Shown piece by piece: positions 14,694 to 22,129 of a stretch of DNA of 22,465 bases. The stretch comes from a virus (lineage: Duplodnaviria; Heunggongvirae; Uroviricota; Caudoviricetes). Location: positions 1 to 22,465 of the IMG/VR virus record IMGVR_UViG_3300020049_005532; one strand, given 5' to 3'. Both the position numbers and the translations under genes were made by a program. Each line of letters begins with the position of its first letter. The first letter of the stretch is position 1. The notes beneath the pieces were generated by a model, which saw nothing but the letters and a program-made list of their open reading frames with translations, was not told where the DNA came from and did not search any database.

Positions 14694-17009
14694 TAATAGC
14701 TGGTGGAATTAAAATTTTCTCTAATTGACTCGAACATCCAGAAGTGGACAACGAGGCGGAAGCGAAAGCACCGTGAGAGACTAAGCGAGAAGACTGTAGA
14801 AATACAGATGCAATAGTCCGATCTACCGCATAACCCAAGAAACGGTAGAGATAAGCAGAAATGACTTATCCCTTTTGACCAAAGGTAACAAACACCGCAG
14901 CCGGTAATTTTAGGTCACGAGCATAAACAAAATTAAACTGTGCTCATTAAATTTTCTCTAATTGACTTGGAACTCCAGAAGTGGACAACAAGGGCGAAGA
15001 CTTAGGTCACGCTGAGAGACTAAACGAGAAAACACTTGACAAACATTAAAAATGATGTTAATATAGTGATGCGATAGTCCGAACACTGATATAACCCAGG
15101 AAGTCAGTGAGATAGACAGAAATGTTCTATCCGGTTTTTAGGAAGAAAACTAGTAACAAATTGGGTGTAACTTTTGCAGGACCGGAAGATGACGGGTTCA
15201 ATTTGAACGCGCCCATCGCCAGTTCGATCAAAGACGCACAGGTAAACTAAGTGCCTGTCCCTACAGTGATGTAGGTGAAAAAACTGAGGAAATTGCTGGA
15301 AAGCTAAAGTTTTTATGAGACGCGGCGTCATTTACAGAATTACAAATTTACTTAACGGTAAGGAATATTATGGCCAAACCGTTAATGCTGATCCGATTCA
15401 GAGATGGTACGCACATTGTTCTAAATGTAGAACAAGCGCAGTAAATCTCGCGATTCAAAAGTACGGAAAAGCTAATTTTAAGTTTGAAATAATCTGTAGT
15501 GCCAAGTCAATTGAAGATTTAAACTATTTAGAACAATACTTCATTGCTAAATATCAAACTCTTGCTCCAACCGGATATAATCTGGACATAGGAGGAAGAA
15601 ATTGTTTAAAAAGTAAAGAAAGTATTGAAAAAGGTAACATAAAACGTAGACTTAAGATTTTTAAAGATCGGCGTCGAGGAATTATTGCTACCCATTCAGA
15701 AAATGGTCACATTATTGAGACCGAAATAGTTAAAGACTTTCTTAACTTTGGATTTACTAAAAACGACCTATCAAATATTCGATGGGTGTTAACTGGTAAA
15801 GGTTCTAAAAAAAGAGTTAAGAAATACTTCTTCAAATATAGAGACCAAGTCAATCAGAGCCTAATCGTAGAAGATAACATGTCTACGGCGGCGCAACGAC
15901 TCGACAGTGAAACCGAGTAATCGGAATATAATCTGTCCAAGAGACCTCAGCCCTTCAAATAGAAGGTGAAGATATAGTCTGAACTTATAGGAAACTATAA
16001 GAAGTAGGGGATAAAAAGCCTTTACGATAACAACCCTTGACGAGGGTGCCCAGCAGTTCTTCGTTCGCTTCTCGGCTACAACGCTGCGTCGCGAGCACAA
16101 GGTTCGCAAGCTGCTTTCATGGATGCAACAAAATATGTTGTATCGAACATGCTGCGCTCTATGTCTAAGAAACTCGAAATCGAGCTTCTCTACGGACAAA
16201 TGGGTTATGCTACAGTTAACGCAGGTACTACTGCTTCTACTCAGTTTGTTGTAAAACTTGCTGAATGGGCACCAGGTATCTGGGCTGGAGCAGAGGGTCT
16301 TCCAATCGAAGTACGTTCGTCTGACGGCGCGACATCGCGTGGTGAGAACATCGTAACTGCGGTTGACATGGACACTCGCACGATCACTATGCAATCGGCA
16401 ATGACGCTGACTGCTGACGACGTTGTATGGCACAAAGGTGCTTACGGTAAAGAATTCGCAGGTATCCATAAGATCCTGTCGCAAACTTCCGGCACACTTT
16501 TCAACATCAACGTTGGTAACTACGGTATCTTCCGTGGTAACTCGTACAACGTTTCAGGCGCTTTGACACAAGCAAAACTTGGTCTTGCTCTGACTCGTGC
16601 AGTAGAAAAAGGTCTTGATTCAAAAGTTCTCGCTTTGGTTAACCCAAAAGCATGGACTAACATGATGAACGACCAAGCAGCATTGCGCAAGTATGATTCG
16701 TCATACTCGTCAGCAAAAGCTGAAAACGGAACACAGAAGCTTGTCTTCTTCTCGCAGAATGGCGAAATCGAAGTTCGTCCATCTACTTTCATTAAAGAAG
16801 GTTATGGATTCGTTCTCGATATGTCGGCATGGCTCCGAGTTGGTTCGCAAGAGATCTCTTTCAAAATGCCAGGATCAGGTGACGAGTATGTACTCCACCG
16901 CCCAGATCAAGCTGGTTACGAGATGCGTCTCTTCACTGACCAAGCTATCTTCACACATAAGCCTGGCACATCGGTCATCTTGACTGGTATTGTCAACGCT
17001 ACATCGTAA
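14523..17009 (+). CDS. Major capsid protein, spliced: join(14523..14693,14898..14924,15164..15243,16040..17009), 415 aa
   Basis: AAGGAG RBS before ATG 14523. Removing three U|...G| introns gives 1248 nt in one open frame: ...KQPGNLFH|QPVILGHEH|GVTFAGPEDDGFNLNAPIASSIKDAQV|RGCPAVLRSLLGYNAASRAQGSQAAFMDATKYVVSNMLR... Confidence 0.9.
14694..14897 (+). ncRNA. Group I intron 1 (204 nt, no ORF)
   Basis: P1: exon UUCCAU pairs with GUGGAA (14703-14708) with a U.G splice pair. P10: GCUG pairs with exon CAGC. P7: GACU/AGUC (GAGAGACTAA...ATAGTCCGA). P5 TCCA-GAAG-TGGA; P8 CTGTA-GAAA-TACAG; terminal G14897. Confidence 0.9.
14898..14924 (+). other. MCP exon 2, 27-nt micro-exon (QPVILGHEH)
   Basis: Bounded by the terminal G of intron 1 and the U of the intron 2 P1 helix; preserves the frame. 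Confidence 0.85.
14925..15163 (+). ncRNA. Group I intron 2 (239 nt, no ORF), sibling of intron 1
   Basis: P1: exon GAGCAU pairs with GUGCUC (14940-14945). Core blocks are shared with intron 1; P7 GACU/AGUC; ends GTAACAAATTG. Confidence 0.9.
15036..15064 (+). promoter_or_regulatory. sigma70-like promoter inside the P8 extension of intron 2
   Basis: TTGACA (15036-15041), 17 bp ending TGT, TAATAT (15059-15064); same hexamers and spacing as the promoter at 783-811. Confidence 0.55.
15244..16039 (+). mobile_element. Group I intron 3 (796 nt) carrying a GIY-YIG homing endonuclease
   Basis: P1: exon ACAGGU pairs with GCCUGU (15253-15258). P2 CCTACA/TGTAGG; P3 CTGAGG (15284-89)/CCTCAG (15945-50); AATTGCTGGAAA; P7 GACT (15898-901)/AGTC in GAAGATATAGTC; P9 CTTATAG-GAAA-CTATAAG; terminal G16039. 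Confidence 0.9.
15315..15920 (+). CDS. Intron-encoded GIY-YIG homing endonuclease
   Basis: GVIYRITNLLNGKEYYGQT...QRWYAH...KYG...F.FEII...LEQYFIAKY...GYNLDIGG. Confidence 0.88.
   Translation: MRRGVIYRITNLLNGKEYYGQTVNADPIQRWYAHCSKCRTSAVNLAIQKYGKANFKFEIICSAKSIEDLNYLEQYFIAKYQTLAPTGYNLDIGGRNCLKSKESIEKGNIKRRLKIFKDRRRGIIATHSENGHIIETEIVKDFLNFGFTKNDLSNIRWVLTGKGSKKRVKKYFFKYRDQVNQSLIVEDNMSTAAQRLDSETE
16040..17009 (+). CDS. MCP exon 4 (contains the track ORF 16119-17009)
   Basis: The frame is open from 16041 (RGCPAVLRSLLGY) through MDATK... to TAA 17007-17009. Confidence 0.88.
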
Positions 17010-17021
17010 TTGATGTAACTT

Positions 17022-17052
17022 AAAGGGGGCCCTTCGGGGCTCCTTTTTTTTT
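17022..17052 (+). terminator. Rho-independent terminator after the MCP (possibly bidirectional)
   Basis: AAAGGGGGCCC-TTCG-GGGCTCCTTT stem with a C(UUCG)G tetraloop and a long T tract; the convergent accessory block ends at 17055. Confidence 0.9.
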
Positions 17053-17054
17053 AT

Positions 17055-18582
17055 TTAATACTCCGTCCAATTTATACGTTTATAATGCAACATTGGTAAA
17101 TTTTCATCTATATCAATGAGATCATCATTGGTAAGACCTAAATATAAATTGTCTGCAAGAAAAAAGACATAATATCTATCAAATGTCCAGCCTTTAGAAT
17201 AGAAATAAATGTAATTATCCCCAATCATTTATATATCCATACATAATTCTTCATAACTACATGTTTTAATGAACCAATCTCGTTCGCTTTATTATCTCGA
17301 AAAACTAAAAATAGCTCTCCATGACTTATTTTAAAGTTATAAAATTTATGATTATCAAAAGTATGTATGATAAATTGTCCTGCTTCCATGTCTTTCGCAT
17401 CAATTGGTTTCATATTTTAACTTCTTTAAAAGAAAGTGGTATTACTCTATTTTCGCTAATATAAAAATCCCGATAACCTCTTATGCAAACGGTTAAAGAC
17501 ATGTAATCATATTCAAGCCTTTCCCAATCTTGACCAAATGTAGCAATCTTCTTTTGTTTTTTTAGAGCTTAATTTGGCTCCTAACAAGCCTAATACAGTA
17601 GCTATCGCTGATATAAAATTGCTGATGAATGATACTAAAGATGTCCCCATTAATGTAAGCATACTGCTGTTCCTTTTCTCCAAAAGTTCCAATAAGCATA
17701 TTAAAAGTTTTCCCAATAAATATCATCTGACCGACCAATGCTAATGTTCCAAGTACGGATGTAAAGGGCCTCTCTGTTATTTAATTTTATTTGAAAATAG
17801 CCATCGTTTTCTGATGTAGTCGGATTATAACTAATTAGTGATCTATTTTTATGTAAAAAGAAAGCTAAATATCCCTTAAAGAAATCCCTAGGGCGATCTC
17901 TAGCAAAAAACAAAAACATAAATGGCGTGACAACTAAAACAAAAATTCTAAAAGTTAATGTATTTAGCAAATTCATCATACCTTAAACTCTCCAACAAAC
18001 AGAGTTATTGAAGTCGTTTCGCTAATCCAATACCTTTTATAAAGTAACACATAGTAACCATCCGATTTTAGCTGATAGACATTTTCATTTAAACTTAACG
18101 TTCCAATTAAGCTATAAGACATTTATCTACATCATCCATCTTATAAGACTTGCCTTCATGCCAGAAGTAACCAAGATCAAAAGCTGATTCAATTGCTCGC
18201 ATTGCATGTTCTTTTGACTCAGATTCTGGTAAAATAATTACCTTTTTACTAAATAAAATAAATACTGGCCTCATTTATTGTCCTTTTAAAGCTTAGAAAT
18301 ATACGGAGTTTTTTTATAACCTTCGCCAGAAGCATATTTATTCAAAAAATCACTAGTTACGGTTAGTGCATTTGAGCCATAATCTGTAACAGTTTCCAAA
18401 GTAAACACTTTAATTCCGGACATTAGTCCTTTAGTAGCGTGATCATTTTCCCAAAATGAAACCACATTATTTAAATTAATATGAGTATCAATGCCAGACT
18501 TATACTGACTAGTTTTGATATCATAATAAATTCTGTTTACTTTAAAAATCATTTTATCCTCCAGCAACGTAATATTTATCAA
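17055..18582 (-). CDS. Cluster of small AT-rich hypothetical ORFs (17055-17228, 17225-17413, 17513-17716, 17701-17979, 17976-18122, 18286-18582 and others)
   Basis: ORF track plus hand translation; overlapping start/stop junctions. 17976-18122 contains RYWISET, resembling the 818-1622 family. Confidence 0.6.
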
Positions 18583-19099
18583 CTCTTTTATACGAAGTAT
18601 CTAGTGACTTTGTAAAATACCTGTCCTTAAACAAACAATGGTTATTTGGCACGGCCACTAGTCTACCGCATTCCAATACAATAACATTGTGACTCTTATG
18701 CTGCACCGGATCTTCACTAAGCCCTGGTCCGGCTACATCGACAGTAAACAGATAATATCCTGTTTCAAGCTTATTGTCAACCTTTATTTCAACTTCATAG
18801 TTTTTTAAATGATTATATTCAATAACGTTGATGTCGCCTTCCAAGCAACTAAAAGGCTGTGCAATTTCAAGCTCTAATGGCTCCATAGTAAGCTTTGCAT
18901 CAAATCTCTCACAAGATATAGCGTTAATTGGAAGTCTTTGCCACAAGGCTCCTGATTCCAAATGAACAGTAAAGAATAAAGGTCTAGAAGAAATAGATGT
19001 AACAGCAACTAGATATCCTTCTTCTAAGGTTCCAGCTGGTTTTCCTAGAAATTCTGAATAAACTTTTACTCGAATTACTGGAGTATTTGCGATAAACAT
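18554..19099 (-). CDS. Phage hypothetical protein (recalled similarity to a widespread uncharacterised family; unverified)
   Basis: Motifs VYSEFL, SISSRPLFFTVHLESGALWQRLPINA and HKSHNVIVLECGRLVAVPNN. Confidence 0.65.
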   Translation of the reverse strand: MFIANTPVIRVKVYSEFLGKPAGTLEEGYLVAVTSISSRPLFFTVHLESGALWQRLPINAISCERFDAKLTMEPLELEIAQPFSCLEGDINVIEYNHLKNYEVEIKVDNKLETGYYLFTVDVAGPGLSEDPVQHKSHNVIVLECGRLVAVPNNHCLFKDRYFTKSLDTSYKRVDKYYVAGG

Positions 19100-19236
19100 T
19101 ATTTGCCTTTCAACGCTTCTCGTGCAATTTTTCCACTATCAATAGTACGATAGTTTTCTGCTTCGTACCAACCAAGTGCCGCTTCCAATTTCTCCACCTT
19201 GCGGCGCTCGCGCTTTGATTTCGGCTAGCTTGGTGG

Positions 19237-19773
19237 TTAGAGGTGAGTCCATAAATGTCCTTTCACGACGTGATAAATATGTGTTCTTGAAACGCCAAAC
19301 TTTTTAGCTAATTCCAAAGCATTTGAATTATTTTTTGTTTTCCTAAAATTATTTCGAATATACATTACGTCGGTTTCGGATAACTTACTTCGACCATTAT
19401 TCTCGCCAACAACGTCATCGCCATGATTAATTCGGTCTTTCCAATTTCCTTCTGGGGTGTCGTAGCGAAGATTGTTCACTAAATTATTTAATTTATTTCC
19501 ATCATTATGGCAAACATACATCTTGTCAGGCCTTGGACCAATAAACGCTTCGGCTACTGCGATATGAACCTTTTTGATTTTTCTCTCACCAAGGTCAGAC
19601 GTTGCACCAAAATATAAATATCCGCATTTATTTTTTTGCAAAATAATTTCGCGACCATAAATTAAAGTTACAATTCTACCATCGTTTGATACGGCATATC
19701 GACTAAATCCTGAAATCAATCGAAAGCCAGGAAACTCAGACAAGGAATGTTTTGCTGGCCGTGGACCAATCAT
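19237..19773 (-). CDS. Free-standing NUMOD4-HNH endonuclease
   Basis: YAVSNDGRI (NUMOD4-like); KVHIAVAEAFIG...VCHNDGNKLNNLVNNLRYDT..N (HNH); C-terminal HTH-like segment. Confidence 0.88.
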   Translation of the reverse strand: MIGPRPAKHSLSEFPGFRLISGFSRYAVSNDGRIVTLIYGREIILQKNKCGYLYFGATSDLGERKIKKVHIAVAEAFIGPRPDKMYVCHNDGNKLNNLVNNLRYDTPEGNWKDRINHGDDVVGENNGRSKLSETDVMYIRNNFRKTKNNSNALELAKKFGVSRTHIYHVVKGHLWTHL

Positions 19774-20051
19774 AATTGCTCCACAAACTCGACGATGCGC
19801 TCGCCGATTGATACATATTCACTGGCCTCTTCGTGACTCGGGTAATATCCGTTGATTTCTTCTTTCTTGTTTATCGTTGCATAAACCCGCCGTGGCTCTT
19901 TCTTCTCTCGCCACTCGCCGAAGACTACTTCATTGTCCCACATAAATAATTGGTTTGTTGATGGAAAATTACCCGCCGTATATTCAACTCCAATCGGGCT
20001 AATCACAGTCTTTCCCTGCATCGCTAATTTTTTGGCTTCGATAATTGTCAC
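19770..20051 (-). CDS. Hypothetical protein
   Basis: 93 aa ORF with GTG start and AAGGAG upstream; ATGA overlap with the HNH gene. Confidence 0.7.
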   Translation of the reverse strand: MTIIEAKKLAMQGKTVISPIGVEYTAGNFPSTNQLFMWDNEVVFGEWREKKEPRRVYATINKKEEINGYYPSHEEASEYVSIGERIVEFVEQL

Positions 20052-20339
20052 TTTTCTATCTCCTTAGTTAATCCAACTGCGGCCATTACTAGTCCAACTG
20101 ACAAAAGAACAACCATTGGTAATACGTCCGCACTAAACGCTCCTAGAGTAAGCAGAAATATACCAGAAAGGATCGCACTGTTCACGACTCCTCCTTTAAA
20201 CAAATATAAGCACAAAATAGATTAAGACATAAAGCAAACATGTCGAAGGTATTATTTTCTGGTTGAGCCAAACAAGCAAATAAAAGTCCGGCAGCAAATA
20301 AATTACCATAGCCAAAATATTTCATTTTTTATCCTTTTT

Positions 20340-20582
20340 TTATTCGTTTGACCATTTAGTAATTTCCTCTTGTGTAAAACCGGCATGTTTAGCAAACACT
20401 ATACATCTCCATTCAGGATACTGATCTAGCCTACAGTCTTGGATAAACTTTTCAACCATTCTTACTCTTTTAAGAAACATTGGATCTTGGGTAAGCTTTT
20501 TTGTACTACTCGGCGGATACATAAAATAGATAGTAACCGATAAAACTGCTAATGTCAAGAATAAAACTATAAACTTTGCCAT
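20340..20582 (-). CDS. Membrane-anchored hypothetical protein
   Basis: MAKFIVLFLTLAVLSVTIYFMYP N-terminal TM helix. Confidence 0.65.
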   Translation of the reverse strand: MAKFIVLFLTLAVLSVTIYFMYPPSSTKKLTQDPMFLKRVRMVEKFIQDCRLDQYPEWRCIVFAKHAGFTQEEITKWSNE

Positions 20583-21531
20583 AATTCCCATCCTCTGTCT
20601 TCCGGAGTATTATCTATACTAAAAACTATTAATTGAACTTCTTCTCTGGTAAAAAATCCTAGTTTTGAATTAAAACGGATGGCATGAGATGGCGAAATCA
20701 TTATGATGAAATCATCAGGCCCATAAATATTACCAATTATTTCCATAATTCCCATCCATACTCTTCTGGAGTTTCATTAAAAAACATATTCTCCTGTAAC
20801 ATAGGGAGTTCCAATTCATTGTCAAATCTAATAACTGCTGTATTAGTTATAAACAAGATAAAATCGCCGCCTCCGTATATTTTACCAGTTCTCATATTTT
20901 TATCCACCAAGATCTATTAAAATCGTTTGTTTCGTATAGACCATGTCCTATTTGGTTAGGCGTAAAATCTAAACATATGTTATCTGATATACAAATAAAA
21001 TATATAGTTGGTTCCTCGTAGGCATAGATATTGCCAATCATTTCCATAACTTCCATCCAAGGTCAGTTATTTTATCGTATTTAGAATACGACCGTAATAT
21101 AATCTTATCGTCTTTGTCGAACCCTATTGAATAAAATCTTATGGCTAACTTTGGACTTATAAACAATAAAAAGTCAGCAGGTCCATATAAATCGCCTGTT
21201 CTCATGTTTTTATCCACCAGCTATGATTAAAATCACCCAGATCATAAAGTCCAAAACCGCATACAAAAGAAGCCGATATTGTTAGACGCATTTTATCTGA
21301 GATGCAAAGAAAGTAAAGACCGCCATTGTCGTAGGCATAGATATTACCAATCATAGTCTTTTCCACTGGTCTTTTCTACTGGTCTTTTCTAAGAAGATCA
21401 AATTGGTTATATTTGCCATAAACAATTCTATTATTTATAATACCCAGGGCGTATTCATTGCTTAAAGTATATACCCAATAATCTCCATAAGTAAGCGAGC
21501 ATAAGTTACCTAGTTTGCTATAAACGGCCAT
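20567..21531 (-). CDS. Second microgene array: six ORFs (21376-21531, 21202-21354, 21038-21205, 20892-21041, 20737-20895, 20567-20746)
   Basis: Type A MIGNIYAY...F(L/I)CISD...DFN.SWWIK (x2); type B (MRT)G.(L/I)YG..DF...I...(A/V)IRF...GW(K/E)LW (x3); ATGA-type coupling. Confidence 0.75.
21365..21390 (+). repeat. 13-bp tandem duplication (ACTGGTCTTTTCT x2)
   Basis: 21365-21377 equals 21378-21390. Confidence 0.95.
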
Positions 21532-21561
21532 CGAAATATTTTCCTTTAAGTGTCTATTAAT

Positions 21562-21572
21562 TTAACAACTTA
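21562..21572 (+). promoter_or_regulatory. TTAACAACTTA motif (candidate late promoter for downstream virion genes)
   Basis: Exact 11-mer upstream of 21644. Confidence 0.62.
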
Positions 21573-21605
21573 CTGTATGCGAGTCTGTTTCTACCTCTTA
21601 GGGAC

Positions 21606-21634
21606 ACTATAGCATACTTTTTCTATAAACGCAA
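21606..21634 (-). promoter_or_regulatory. sigma70-type promoter for the inverted accessory block
   Basis: Minus strand reads TTGCGT (21634-21629), 17 bp ending TGC, TATAGT (21611-21606). Confidence 0.6.
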
Positions 21635-21643
21635 GGAAAAATA

Positions 21644-22129
21644 ATGCCAAGAATAACAATTCAAGGGACAACCATCAATTTTCCCAATACTGGTTCATCC
21701 CCCGTTTGGAGCGAATCTGTAATTGACTTTGCTGAAGCCGTAGAAGCTGCTTTAGCCGGTATTACAGGCACTTACGACGTTCCTCCCCAAGTATTTGACC
21801 TAACTAATGAAGTAAATACCGATATAAGCCTTCCAAGGCTAACCTTCCCTACGACTGAAGTCCGTGGTGTAATTGTAACATATGCCATTTACCGTAAATC
21901 TACTACAGTTAATGAGGTAGAAGCCGGAACATTGGAGTTTGTTTACGATACAGCAGCTGGTTCTTGGTTAGTTTCTCGTGAAGGAACCGGATCTGATGTA
22001 GTAAATGTGACATTTTCTGTCACAAATCCTGGACAAGTGACTTTTTCCACGACAGCAATGGCTAGTGGTACATACGAAGAAGGAGCAATCTCGTATCAAG
22101 CTAAAGCCGTGCTCCAATCGGAGGTCTAA
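21644..22129 (+). CDS. Putative virion structural protein
   Basis: 161 aa Thr/Val-rich beta-type ORF with AAGGA RBS; TAATG overlap with the next gene. Confidence 0.65.
   Translation: MPRITIQGTTINFPNTGSSPVWSESVIDFAEAVEAALAGITGTYDVPPQVFDLTNEVNTDISLPRLTFPTTEVRGVIVTYAIYRKSTTVNEVEAGTLEFVYDTAAGSWLVSREGTGSDVVNVTFSVTNPGQVTFSTTAMASGTYEEGAISYQAKAVLQSEV

Noticed and set aside
14694-14696. Stop-codon readthrough or an alternative genetic code to explain the broken MCP
   Set aside because: The stops lie inside segments with complete group I intron hallmarks, and the other long genes translate normally in the standard code.
16119-17009. 296 aa ORF as the complete capsid gene
   Set aside because: No RBS before ATG 16119; the frame is open further upstream to the intron 3 splice site.
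3532-20920. Antisense or alternate-frame ORFs in the track (e.g. 3532-3792, 3948-4220, 5543-5815, 6379-6645, 8488-8694, 9413-9664, 10314-10613, 10603-10896, 11761-12566, 13146-13841, 14196-14405, 14656-14838, 15104-15331, 15861-16484, 16241-16983, 20684-20920)
   Set aside because: They shadow well-supported genes or introns, lack RBSs and motifs, and have compositions expected from the opposite strand or frame.
818-21531. Diversity-generating retroelement or CRISPR-like array as the explanation for the repeated microgenes
   Set aside because: No reverse transcriptase in the window; differences are not adenine-specific; no fixed-length repeat-spacer periodicity; the units are coupled ORFs.
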